DNA of 41,215 nt, taken from positions 1 to 41,215 of the IMG/VR virus record IMGVR_UViG_3300037047_000153. One strand, 5' to 3'. The DNA is from a virus (taxonomy: Duplodnaviria > Caudoviricetes). Positions 17,836 to 26,966 of the stretch are shown here, piece after piece. The notes below the pieces were generated by a model, which was not told the DNA's origin, made no database searches, and saw only the letters and a program-made list of their open reading frames with translations. Position 1 is the stretch's first letter. Each line of letters opens with the position of its first letter. Made by a program: the position numbers and the translations under genes.

Positions 17836-18774
17836 TCAGGCGGCGGCGGCTTTGAAGATGAAGCCAGCCGAGGCGCCGACGAGCGCGGGGGCGCGGGCGT
17901 CGTTGACCGGGTTGACCCAGCTGTTGGCGTTGCGGTCTTCGTAGCCCTCTTCCACCGCCGGGCGGCCCTGCAGCTGGTAGGTGTAGCCGTAGTTCGGGCT
18001 GCCCATTTCGGCCAGGCTGGCGGGGGTGGCGTAGGCGAGGATGGCGTCTTTGCCCCAGACGTCCTGGAACTGGGTGCCGTCGTGGTAGACGGCTTCGCCT
18101 TCGACGATCTGCGCGATCTCGAACAGCGCAGCGAGTTGGGCCAAGCTGGCGGGCGGGCGGTCTTCGGTGTTGCTCAGGCGGTCGAGGATCTTGGGGTGGT
18201 TGCGCAGCGCGGTCAGCACCTTGGGGCCCAGGGTCAGCACGTTGGGGCGCTCGCCGATCTGCTGGCGAATCACTTCCTTCGCGTCGAACACATCACCGAT
18301 CGGGTCGCTTGTGGGGTCGGACCACTGGCCGGTGCCGGACAGGGTTTCTTTGTTGGTGCTGGCGTATTTGTCGGCATCTCTGGCGAGGTCGGCGGCTTGC
18401 TTCTCGCGCTCCAGGGCCATGACGTTTTGCACCTTGCGGATGCTCATGGCCACCAGGTCGATGCCGGGAACGGCGCCGGCCTCTTCCTGGATCTCCCAGG
18501 GGGTGATGGCTTCGAGGCGGTAGTCCACCAGCGAGTAGTTGCCGCTGGCGTAGCCGAACTGCACGCGCTTGGTGTTGCTGCCGGGGGCGCGCACGGTGCT
18601 GACGAGCTTGAAGTCATCGGGGCCGAAGCTGATGATCTTGCCGGCGCGCTGCGCAACGGTGACGAGCGGGAACAGGATGTTGGCGATGGCGGCTTTCGGG
18701 CTGCGGAAGCCGCGGGCGATTTCGGTGAGGATCGGGTCGATGACGCGGGCCTGGCCGGGGGTCATTTGGTTCAT
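17836..18774 (-). CDS. Major capsid protein
   Basis: 312 aa; ARVIDPILTEIARGF and PNVLTLG...ALRNHPKI motifs; follows the decoration protein. Confidence 0.88.
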   Translation of the reverse strand: MNQMTPGQARVIDPILTEIARGFRSPKAAIANILFPLVTVAQRAGKIISFGPDDFKLVSTVRAPGSNTKRVQFGYASGNYSLVDYRLEAITPWEIQEEAGAVPGIDLVAMSIRKVQNVMALEREKQAADLARDADKYASTNKETLSGTGQWSDPTSDPIGDVFDAKEVIRQQIGERPNVLTLGPKVLTALRNHPKILDRLSNTEDRPPASLAQLAALFEIAQIVEGEAVYHDGTQFQDVWGKDAILAYATPASLAEMGSPNYGYTYQLQGRPAVEEGYEDRNANSWVNPVNDARAPALVGASAGFIFKAAAA

Positions 18775-18808
18775 GTCGGGTTCTCCGTTTCAGGTGTTGG
18801 GGGTGGGG

Positions 18809-19177
18809 TCAGGCGGCGGTGACGAGCACGCCGGACGAAGGCACGAGCAGCACTTCGACGAGCTGGCCGTCGGCGGCGGCGGCTTCCATGGAGCGGGCGA
18901 CGGCGTGTTTGTCGCCGTCGGCGTCGTGGGCGATGAGCTTGCCGTCGGTGCCGACCATGAGGGCGACGTCTTTGCTGAAGGCGGCGCCGGCGGTGGCGGT
19001 GGCGGTGCCCTGCACGTCGACGGGGGTCGGGTCGCCGATGGCGGCGTCACTGCGGGTGATGCCGAAGGCGAGGCCGCCGGCCGCGGGGTAGGCACCGGCC
19101 TGGTTGACAGCTCGGCCGTTTTCCAGCGCGGCCGTGGCGATGACGGTGAGGCACAGGATGGAGAGAGAGGGGTTCAT
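18809..19177 (-). CDS. Head decoration / capsid cement protein (DUF2190-like)
   Basis: 122 aa Ala/Gly-rich; EAAAADGQLVEVLL motif; sits between protease and capsid. Confidence 0.75.
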   Translation of the reverse strand: MNPSLSILCLTVIATAALENGRAVNQAGAYPAAGGLAFGITRSDAAIGDPTPVDVQGTATATAGAAFSKDVALMVGTDGKLIAHDADGDKHAVARSMEAAAADGQLVEVLLVPSSGVLVTAA

Positions 19178-19211
19178 GTCTGGGACTCCTGGGAGTGATG
19201 GTGTGGGTGGA

Positions 19212-20612
19212 TCAGGCGGCGAAGCCCAGCTTCTTCATCGCGGCGATGAAGTCGACCTTGTGCTCGGCGGCGTAGGCCTTGGCCTGGGCGACCTGCTCGG
19301 TCTTGGTTGGGGCCTTGTCGCTCGGGGCGGCGGCGGTCTTGGCGGGCTGGGGCGCGTCGTCTTCGACGAAGGCTTTGCCGCGGGCTTCGACGGCGGCGCG
19401 CTCGGCGGCGAGCACGGCCATGGCGGCTTCGGGGCCGGTGGTCTTGCCGTCGGTGGCGAGTTTGTCGATGAGGGCTTCGTGGCCTTTCATCGACTGGGCG
19501 CGCACGCTGGCGACGCGGGCGGTTTCGGCCTGGGCGCCGGCGGCGCGGGCTTCGGCCTGGATTTGGGCGAGCAGTTCGGGGTGCTGCTCCGCCAGGGTCT
19601 TGATGTCCATGGGGGTTCCTTTGGGGGTTTCGGTTTCAGGGGTTTCGAGCAGCACCGGCTCGGGTTGCGTGTTGCCTTGGGACTGCACACCGGCAGACTC
19701 CACGGCGGGGTTTCCATCGGACGGCACACCGGCCGTCGCGTTGGAGAGGGCGCCCAGCGCGAACACGGCTTTGCTGCGCGTGGCGAACTGGGCGGGGTTG
19801 GTGGCCATTCGTTCGACGACGTCGTCGAGCGAGGCGAAGCCGTCGGCGAGCCCGGCGTCAATGGCTTGCTGGCCGATGAAGACGCGGCCGTCGGCCATGC
19901 GCTCCAGCACGGTCTCGGGCTTGGTGCCGCGGTATTGGGCGACGGCGTCGACGAAGGTGGTGTAGTGGTGGTCGAGCTGGGCTTCGAGGTAGGCCATGTA
20001 TTCGGCGCTGGGGGCCTGGCCGTTGAGCGATGGCCGCTTGTATTTGCCGCGGGCGAACTCCATGACGCCGGGCTCTGTCTGCTCCATCGACATGCGGGAA
20101 TAGATGCCGATGCTGCCGGCGTTGACGGCGGGTCCGGTGAGGAAGATGGTATTGGTGGCGGCGGCGGCGAGGTAGCCGGCGGAGGCGACGTTGCCGTCGC
20201 TGACGGTGACGATGGGCTTGACCTTGCCGGCTTCGTGAAGCAGGGCTGCGTATTCGTACATGCCGAAGACGCTGCCGCCGGGGGTGTCTGCGTATTGCAC
20301 GATGGACTTGACGCGGCTGTCTGCCAGGGCGCCCTGCACTTGCTGGGCGAGCATCTGGTAGCTCGCGCCGCCAGAGATGGCGGTGAAGAGGTTGGCCTTG
20401 GGGGCGAGCACGCCTTCGACGGGCAGAACGGCGACACCGTTGCGCACTTCGTAGCGCACGGCTTCGCTGTTGAGCGGGCGGCCGAGGCGGGCTTCGACGG
20501 CGGCGAGGTCGATCTTTTCGCCTTTGAGGTGGGTGGCATAGATGGCCTGAATCTCGCGCAGGCTGGCGGGCAGGATGGCCCAGGGCGAGGTGAGCAGTTC
20601 GGTGAGTTTCAT
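19212..20612 (-). CDS. Prohead protease (S49 family) fused to C-terminal scaffold
   Basis: DTPGGSV, VASAGYLAA and AGSIGIY S49 motifs; start MKLTELLTSPW is ATGA-coupled to the portal. Confidence 0.9.
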   Translation of the reverse strand: MKLTELLTSPWAILPASLREIQAIYATHLKGEKIDLAAVEARLGRPLNSEAVRYEVRNGVAVLPVEGVLAPKANLFTAISGGASYQMLAQQVQGALADSRVKSIVQYADTPGGSVFGMYEYAALLHEAGKVKPIVTVSDGNVASAGYLAAAATNTIFLTGPAVNAGSIGIYSRMSMEQTEPGVMEFARGKYKRPSLNGQAPSAEYMAYLEAQLDHHYTTFVDAVAQYRGTKPETVLERMADGRVFIGQQAIDAGLADGFASLDDVVERMATNPAQFATRSKAVFALGALSNATAGVPSDGNPAVESAGVQSQGNTQPEPVLLETPETETPKGTPMDIKTLAEQHPELLAQIQAEARAAGAQAETARVASVRAQSMKGHEALIDKLATDGKTTGPEAAMAVLAAERAAVEARGKAFVEDDAPQPAKTAAAPSDKAPTKTEQVAQAKAYAAEHKVDFIAAMKKLGFAA

Positions 20613-22246
20613 GCGGGGGTGTCCTCGGGTTCGCGCGTCTGCGGCGGCTGCGCACCGGCCTGCGGCGCGGCGGCGGCGCCGGCCTTGGGAACGGGCAGCA
20701 GGCCGGCTTTGCTCAGGCGCTGGTGTTCGGCGAGCTTCTGGTCGAAGGTGGCGTTCCAGTCGGTGCCGCCGAGTTCCCACTCGGCGCGCTCGCGGGTCAT
20801 GAGGCGGGCGTCGATGGCCGAGGTGTAGGCCGCGACCTCGTCTTTGGGGTTGATGCTGCCCATGCTGTCGCCAGGCCAGGCGCTGCGGGTGTAGGCCCAG
20901 CGCATGAGGGGGTCGGAGAAAAAGCCGGGGGCGCTGATGCGGCCGAGGTAGACGGCTTCGGCCATCCAGGTCTCGACGATGGGCTGGCAGAAGCTGAGGC
21001 CGGCCCAGAAGCGTTCGCTGCGGAAGTGGACCCAGGCGTCGAGCAGGGCGGCTTTGCTGGCGCTGTAGCTGCTGTTGAATTGCTTGAGCAGGACTTCGCG
21101 CGGGATGCCGAGGCCCATGCCCATCAAGCCGACGAGCATGTGGATGAAGCCTTCGGCGTTGGGGTTGGGGCGCTTGGGGTCGGCGAAGGTGGCTTTTTCG
21201 CCTTTGGCGAGGCCGAGCACGGCGCCCATGCCGAGGCCGATTTCGTCGCTGGCGGCGGAGCCGGTGCCTGCGCCGCCACCGTCAGCGCCGAAGACGGGGG
21301 CGGTGTTGCCGCTTTCGGTTTCGATCAGGACGGTGAAGAAGGCGTTGAGCACGGCGGCGTTGACTTCGGCTTCGGTGAAGCGGCCGCACTGCTTGATGAG
21401 GTCAACGATGGGCGCCAGGTAGGGCACGCCGCGCGGCTGGCCGGGGCGGTTTTTCTTGTAGTGGTGCAGCAGGCGGCGGCGGCCGCTGTCGCCCTGGAAG
21501 TTGACCCATTCGCCGGCGTACATGCTGCCGGCCTTGGGGGCGTAGCCGCCGCCGGGGTGGCGGTCGTAGATGTGGGCGGCAAGGGGGCGGCCACCGGGGC
21601 CGAACTGGATGCCGCCGGCGATGGCGTCGGTGTCCATCTGGCCGAGGGGGTTACCCACGCGGTCCGCTTCGATGAGCTGGAAGCGCAGGCCGTAGGGCTG
21701 CATGCGGGTGCGCGGGGCGGTGGGCAGCAGGGTGAAGATGTCGCCGCTTTCTTTGGCGCCGCGCACGGCGGTGCCTTGCGCCTGGTAGAAGTTTTGTTCG
21801 CCGGTGAGGTCGCAGGCCTGGGGGTCGTCGGCCCAGAGGCTGAACTCGGCCTGGACGTGGGATTTCCACTCTGCGGCCTGGTCGGCGGACCAGCCGAGCA
21901 CGCGGCGGTCGGGCGTGGCGACGTAGGCGAGGCCTGTTCCGATGATGCGGTCGACCGACGTGTTGATGGCGCCGGCGGCGATGGGGTTGGTGCGGGTGAG
22001 TTCGCGCGAGGCGCCGCGCTGGGTGCCGAGCTGGGGCAGGGTGTCGCGGGCAGCGCTGCGGGCGAAGGGGTTCCACCAGCGGGTGCCGGCGCCGCTGCCG
22101 CTGGTGCCGCCGCCGGGGCCGGGGGTGCCGGTGGAGGCTTCGATGGCCATGGCTTCGAAGGCGTCGACCTGGGCGCGGGCTTTGACGCGCGAGGCGACGG
22201 CCTGCGGCGCGAAGGGCAGCAGAGCTTTGTCGATGAGGTTCATCAT
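20609..22246 (-). CDS. Portal protein, lambda family
   Basis: RPGQPRGVPYLAP, NSSYSASKAALL and INPKDEV motifs. Confidence 0.93.
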   Translation of the reverse strand: MMNLIDKALLPFAPQAVASRVKARAQVDAFEAMAIEASTGTPGPGGGTSGSGAGTRWWNPFARSAARDTLPQLGTQRGASRELTRTNPIAAGAINTSVDRIIGTGLAYVATPDRRVLGWSADQAAEWKSHVQAEFSLWADDPQACDLTGEQNFYQAQGTAVRGAKESGDIFTLLPTAPRTRMQPYGLRFQLIEADRVGNPLGQMDTDAIAGGIQFGPGGRPLAAHIYDRHPGGGYAPKAGSMYAGEWVNFQGDSGRRRLLHHYKKNRPGQPRGVPYLAPIVDLIKQCGRFTEAEVNAAVLNAFFTVLIETESGNTAPVFGADGGGAGTGSAASDEIGLGMGAVLGLAKGEKATFADPKRPNPNAEGFIHMLVGLMGMGLGIPREVLLKQFNSSYSASKAALLDAWVHFRSERFWAGLSFCQPIVETWMAEAVYLGRISAPGFFSDPLMRWAYTRSAWPGDSMGSINPKDEVAAYTSAIDARLMTRERAEWELGGTDWNATFDQKLAEHQRLSKAGLLPVPKAGAAAAPQAGAQPPQTREPEDTPA

Positions 22247-22266
22247 GAGCGGGTGAGCCTCGGTGA

Positions 22267-22503
22267 TCAGCCCATGGGCCGCAGGTAGCGAAGGCGGCGG
22301 GCGCCGGTGTTCGCTGGGTTGTCGGGGGCGGCGGCGATCAGGGCGTTGATCTTGGTGATTTCGTCGCGCACGTCGGCGAGGTCGGCGCGGCGGTTTTTGC
22401 GGGCGTTGCCGCCCTGCCCTACGGTGTATTCCTGGCTCTGCAGGATCTTGCTTTCAGCGGCGAGGTATTCGCCCAGGCGCTGGATGAGTTGGGCGTAGGT
22501 CAT
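22267..22503 (-). CDS. Head-tail adaptor (gpW-like)
   Basis: 78 aa; YLAAESKILQSQEYTVG...RRADLADVR; directly before the portal. Confidence 0.75.
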   Translation of the reverse strand: MTYAQLIQRLGEYLAAESKILQSQEYTVGQGGNARKNRRADLADVRDEITKINALIAAAPDNPANTGARRLRYLRPMG

Positions 22504-23276
22504 GCGCGGCGGCTCGCGATCTCGGCCGCTGCGCGGCTGAATTCAATGGGGAACTGGGCGCGGGTGAAGCGCTCGGAGACGCCGGTGAAGTCGAGGCGCT
22601 GGCGGTAGACGGGCTGTTTGGCGGTGAAGATGAGCACGGGTTTGATGCCGCGGCCTTCACGGCGGTAGATGCCGGGGGTGAGGCGGCTTTTTTCGACTTT
22701 GTTGACGCCGCCGACGATGCGCTGGGTGAAGGAGGTGACGGCGAAGTACGGCGCGTTTTTGGCGTTGCGGCGGCTGCGGGCGCTGGTGGTCTTGCGCTGG
22801 GCGGGGTCGAAGGCGCTGCGGGTGGCGGTGAGGATGCGCTGCATCTCGCCGCGTTTGAAGTTGCCGTCAGCGTCGAGCGCGGCGCCCTGGCCGGGCATGG
22901 CGCGCCAGCCGGCGGGCAGGATGCCGGCGTAGCGCAGGGAGCGCTCGAAGCGTTTCTCTTTGCGCGGGCCGCCTTCGACTTCGGGCAGCAGGTAATCCTC
23001 TGGCCGGGTGCCGTTGTTGGGGGCGTCGTCTTTGACCCAGACGCGGGCGGAGAGCGTGTCTTTGGTGGCGGGGAGCACGCGCAGGCTGTTGAGCGTCCAG
23101 CGGGTGGGGCCGCTGAAGACGCGGCGCATTTCGTCGGGCAGTTCTTTGGTGGCGAGGGCGCGGGCGGTGCGGGTGAGCGCGGTGGATGCGGCGTAGGGCA
23201 GCACGCGCTCGGGAATGTCTCGCATGCTCGCCGCGGCCAGGGTGAGATCGCCCTTGGATTTGGTGATGTTGAGCAT
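22500..23276 (-). CDS. Minor tail / virion morphogenesis protein (gpZ-like)
   Basis: YAASTALTRTA...FSGPTRWTLNS...YLLPEVEGGPR...PVYRQRLDF; basic protein; first gene after the late-control region. Confidence 0.65.
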   Translation of the reverse strand: MLNITKSKGDLTLAAASMRDIPERVLPYAASTALTRTARALATKELPDEMRRVFSGPTRWTLNSLRVLPATKDTLSARVWVKDDAPNNGTRPEDYLLPEVEGGPRKEKRFERSLRYAGILPAGWRAMPGQGAALDADGNFKRGEMQRILTATRSAFDPAQRKTTSARSRRNAKNAPYFAVTSFTQRIVGGVNKVEKSRLTPGIYRREGRGIKPVLIFTAKQPVYRQRLDFTGVSERFTRAQFPIEFSRAAAEIASRRA

Positions 23277-23310
23277 GGGGTGGGGTACGCTGCTGCCGCT
23301 GCGAGCCGCC

Positions 23311-23351
23311 AAAACAAAGGCCCCAGAACCTTGCGGAACTGGGGCCTTTTT
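23311..23351 (-). terminator. Intrinsic terminator in the late-operon leader
   Basis: Stem AAAGGCCCCAG/CTGGGGCCTTT with T-rich tails in both directions. Confidence 0.75.
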
Positions 23352-23414
23352 GCCCTTCGTGGGCTTCGCGGCTGGGCTGCGGTTTATGCGTTACATGGTG
23401 TTGGCGGACTTGGT

Positions 23415-23500
23415 AGACGTATAGGAAAGTGGGGGTATTTTGGGGTGTTGTGTCACCTGTTGTCGACCGGTTTGTTGTCACCTCTGGAGGTGACATCTTT
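23415..23500 (-). promoter_or_regulatory. Putative late promoter with three TGTCACCT boxes
   Basis: TGTCACCT at 23451-58 and 23476-83, inverted AGGTGACA at 23488-95; AT-richer non-coding DNA upstream of the head genes. Confidence 0.55.
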
Positions 23501-23544
23501 TGGGTTGACGGGGTTTGAGTGGAGGTGTATTTGAGAGCCGTGCC

Positions 23545-23742
23545 TTACCGAGTCCACCACTTGGCAATCTTGCGCTTCCCTTTGAAACGGCGGCGCCTCA
23601 CCACATCAACAACAGACACCGCACAAACGGAAAAATGCATTCCAGGCGGCGGCGTTTCGGTAAAGGTGATCGTCCCTTTTTTGAAATCGACAACGTGTGG
23701 AATGTTTGGCGTTACCACCACGCCTTGATTGATGGTCGACAT
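23545..23742 (-). CDS. Small basic protein (65 aa)
   Basis: GGAGGA RBS 8 nt before ATG; MSTINQGVVVTPNIPHVVDFKKGTITFTETPPPG...RRRRFKGKRKIAKWWTR. Confidence 0.5.
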   Translation of the reverse strand: MSTINQGVVVTPNIPHVVDFKKGTITFTETPPPGMHFSVCAVSVVDVVRRRRFKGKRKIAKWWTR

Positions 23743-23746
23743 GTTG

Positions 23747-24229
23747 CTATTCCTCCGCCCGGTGCGGAAGTGCATCACCCGCCCCCACGTTCTCGGCTTC
23801 GATGTGCCTGGCGGCGATGACGACGCGCTGGCCGAAGGCGCGCAGGAGACGGTAGAAGTGCTGGCGGCTGATGCCGAGCACTGCGGAGGTGGCTTTGATG
23901 TGGGTGACGCGGTGGCCGTAGTAGGCCATGAAGACCTGGTAATCGAGGGCGTCGCGCGGCTGGCCCTGGATGGCGAGGTGCAGCGCGGGCATGAAGGTGT
24001 TGCACTTGGCGTCTGGCGGGGAGCGCATGGGGCGGCTGCTGCCGCGCATCTTGCCGAGGATGTTGCCGCCGCTCTGGGGCGGAGCGAAGAAGCGGCGGGT
24101 GCGACTCCAGGTGCTCCAGGCTTCGAAGAGTTCGTGCAGGTCGTCGTCGCCGCCATCGATGTCGAGGCGGTCGTCGTCGGTTTCCGCGGGGGCGGCGGCG
24201 GCGAGGCGGGTGGCGTTGTCGTTGGTCAT
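23747..24229 (-). CDS. Late transcription regulator (Q-like / sigma region 4-type HTH)
   Basis: ELFEAWSTWS N-terminal motif and C-terminal HTH IKATSAVLGISRQHFYRLL; ATGA-coupled to terL. Confidence 0.65.
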   Translation of the reverse strand: MTNDNATRLAAAAPAETDDDRLDIDGGDDDLHELFEAWSTWSRTRRFFAPPQSGGNILGKMRGSSRPMRSPPDAKCNTFMPALHLAIQGQPRDALDYQVFMAYYGHRVTHIKATSAVLGISRQHFYRLLRAFGQRVVIAARHIEAENVGAGDALPHRAEE

Positions 24230-26373
24230 TGGATTCCTCGGTTGATGATTCGGCGGCGGCTGGAGGGGGCCTGCAGGAGCGTGGCCATGGGGATGGGTTG
24301 CGGGGTCGGCGGGGTCTTGGCGGCCTGTTGGGCGGGTGGATGTGTATCCACGGGCTTGGCGGCGACCATTTGCCCGGCTTCGGGAAGATGGTCTGGGGCG
24401 GACGGGTAGGCTGGCGCTGGGGCGGGAAATATCTCGCCGGTTTCTGGGTCGATGTGCTCAGCGGGCGGCAGCGCTGGCGGGTCGGCCTGGGGCGCGAAGA
24501 GGTCACCGGTGGGCGGGATGAGCTTGGCGCGCAGGCTGGCCCAGTCGAGGGCGCTCCATTTGTGCAGGCCGAGTTTGTAGGCCATGGCGAGGTTGTAGAC
24601 GGATAGGTCGGTGGCTTCGTTGCGCACGCCGGGGGCGTTGATCCACTTGCGCACGGCGCGGCCGCCGCGGTAGACGGTGACCATGCGTTCGGCGACGAGC
24701 TGGTCGAACCACTGGTCGTCGATGCCCTGGGGGAAGTGCATGGCGCCGGGGCCGTCGGTGAGCTTCATGCGGTCGAGCAGCAGGTAGTCTTTGGCGACGT
24801 CGGTGCCGACTTCCCAGAGTTCGACGCCGCCTGGTGCCTTGGTGCCGGCCCATTCGATGTCGACCTTTTTGGGCATGGTACCGATGATGGGGCGGTTGGG
24901 CCGGGTGGCGCCGTGCAGCACGACGCAGTGCAGGCCTCTGCGTGCGGCGCCGTAGTTGTAGACGTCCTGGGTGTTGGCGCCGCCGGCATCGATGCCGTAT
25001 GCGCTGAGCATGAGGGGCCTGCCGCTGGCGTGCAGCAGGGGTGTGCGGCGGATCTCGTCGATGCGGTTGAACGGGCTGCCCATTGAGCCGGGCGCGATCG
25101 ATGGCGAGCCGTGCACTTTGTCGTAGTCGAGGACCCAGTGTTCCATGCCGGGGCCCCAGGCTTCGATCTGGTACTCGAGGCGGTCGCCCTGGGTGTCGAC
25201 GGCCATGGTGACAACGAGGGCGCGGTCGGGGATGACGCGCATGGGGTATGGCTCGGCGCGGGCGCGCAGCTGGTCGGCGGTGCTGGTGGCTTCGCTGTTG
25301 TCGTAGCTGAGGCCGAGGCGGGTGTTGTAGAACACCTTCATGGCTTCGTGGTCGCCGCGCTGCAGGCGGTCTTTGGCGCGGGCGTACTGGCGGGCGAGGC
25401 TGAGCCAGGTGATGGCGCCGACGGGCATGTAGAAGGCGGAGAGGCTGAACGACACGGTTTCGCCGTCGCCTGGCGCGGTGGCCACCCAGCGGGCGAGGCC
25501 GCCGGCGTCCACGTCGGGGAACATGGATGTCTTGTGGTGCTCTTCGATCACGCACCCTTTTTCAGGGCAGGTGAACCAGGCGCGGTCCATGTAGCCGGTG
25601 TCGGGGTCGCGCTGGTAGTGGAAGTTGTCCAGCGTCAGCTCGTGCAGGTGGCCGCAGTGCGGGCATGGCACGTGGTAGACCTCCTGGGTGCCCATGCTGT
25701 GCAGCTCGTCGATTTTCGAGACGCCTTTGATGGACGGGCTGGAGGTGTAGAAGAACTTGGCGTCGTTTTCGTATTGGGTGGCGCGGGCTTCGGCGATCTC
25801 GACGGGGTCGCCTTCGCCGTCGACGCTGAGTTCGGCCCGGTCGATTTCGTCGAAGTAGATGTAGGGCGCCGAGACTTCGGCCAGGTTGGCCGCCGAGCCG
25901 GCGGTGTTCATGTAGAGGGTGGCGTCGCCTGCGAAGTCTTTGGCCTGGACGGTGTTGCGGCTGTCGCGGCTCTTGGCGGCCGAGACGCGCTCGCGCAGCT
26001 CGGGCACGTTGCGGATCATGGTCGACACGCGGGCACTGAAGCGCTTGACCAGGGTGTCGGTGGGCTCCAGGGCGAGGATGTTGCGCGGCCGGCGGTGGAT
26101 GATGGCGCCGATCCAGTTCAAGGCCGTCTGGGTCTTGAACATCTGCGAGGCAACCCGGGCCACGACGCGCTTGCAGGGGTGCGATGGCGAGAGCACCTGG
26201 TGCACGCGGCGGGCTGGGTAGCTGTGATCGAAGCGGAAGTCGCCCGGCTTGGGGCCTGACTTGGGCAGCTTCATGAACTCTTCAGCCCACTCGTCGACGC
26301 GCAGCTCGGGATCTGGGCGTGCGGCCTCGATCGCGGTGCGAACGACCAGGTCGTAGCCGTCGGCCAGATTCAC
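24226..26373 (-). CDS. terL: Terminase large subunit (lambda GpA family)
   Basis: Variant Walker A ASQMFKT, YFDEID, SSPSIKG, YHVPCPHCG, AVDTQ, RNEATD. GTG start overlaps the terS stop. Confidence 0.95.
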   Translation of the reverse strand: MNLADGYDLVVRTAIEAARPDPELRVDEWAEEFMKLPKSGPKPGDFRFDHSYPARRVHQVLSPSHPCKRVVARVASQMFKTQTALNWIGAIIHRRPRNILALEPTDTLVKRFSARVSTMIRNVPELRERVSAAKSRDSRNTVQAKDFAGDATLYMNTAGSAANLAEVSAPYIYFDEIDRAELSVDGEGDPVEIAEARATQYENDAKFFYTSSPSIKGVSKIDELHSMGTQEVYHVPCPHCGHLHELTLDNFHYQRDPDTGYMDRAWFTCPEKGCVIEEHHKTSMFPDVDAGGLARWVATAPGDGETVSFSLSAFYMPVGAITWLSLARQYARAKDRLQRGDHEAMKVFYNTRLGLSYDNSEATSTADQLRARAEPYPMRVIPDRALVVTMAVDTQGDRLEYQIEAWGPGMEHWVLDYDKVHGSPSIAPGSMGSPFNRIDEIRRTPLLHASGRPLMLSAYGIDAGGANTQDVYNYGAARRGLHCVVLHGATRPNRPIIGTMPKKVDIEWAGTKAPGGVELWEVGTDVAKDYLLLDRMKLTDGPGAMHFPQGIDDQWFDQLVAERMVTVYRGGRAVRKWINAPGVRNEATDLSVYNLAMAYKLGLHKWSALDWASLRAKLIPPTGDLFAPQADPPALPPAEHIDPETGEIFPAPAPAYPSAPDHLPEAGQMVAAKPVDTHPPAQQAAKTPPTPQPIPMATLLQAPSSRRRIINRGIQ

Positions 26374-26963
26374 GGCTGACCCTCCGGCGGCGGCGGCAGG
26401 CGCTGCAGCATCTGCTCTTCCCAGCCTTCGAATGCCTTTCGCAGCTCTTCGCTGATCACGTGCTCGATGTCCCGCGCCTCGGCCAGGCCGATGCACTTCG
26501 GGGCTGCGCGCTGGCCCACGGCCATGGCTTTGTCGCGCAGCGCCCGAAAGGCGTCGAAGACCGCGCGGTCAACCCGCTTGCGCTCGACCAGCAGGCCCTC
26601 GGCCACCATGTTGTCGCGCTGCTTTTTCTTCAGATCCTCTTTGGCTTCCAGGGCACGGTAGTGCGAGTAGCCGGTGTCAGCGGATGCAGCCGACCCGGAT
26701 TCTGGCGCTACGGGCGTTTCTGAGCCGGCGCCAGTACCTGCGCCCTCACCCGTCGCGTTCGTCGCCCCAGCGCGGCCGCTGTCGGCCCGGGCGCGGGTGT
26801 TTTGTGCCCACTGGATGTCGGCGACCGCGGGGTCGATGCGATTGCGGCCGTTCTCGCCCGGGATGGCGGAGATCCGAGATTCTGCAATCGCCTTGCGCAC
26901 GGCCTTCTCGTCGCAACCGCGGTGGCGGGCGTACTGGGCGACGGTCATGAGCTGCACCGCCAT
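26370..26963 (-). CDS. terS: Terminase small subunit
   Basis: N-terminal HTH MTVAQYARHRGCDEKAVRKAI plus coiled coil; directly upstream of terL. Confidence 0.85.
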   Translation of the reverse strand: MAVQLMTVAQYARHRGCDEKAVRKAIAESRISAIPGENGRNRIDPAVADIQWAQNTRARADSGRAGATNATGEGAGTGAGSETPVAPESGSAASADTGYSHYRALEAKEDLKKKQRDNMVAEGLLVERKRVDRAVFDAFRALRDKAMAVGQRAAPKCIGLAEARDIEHVISEELRKAFEGWEEQMLQRLPPPPEGQP

Positions 26964-26966
26964 CGA

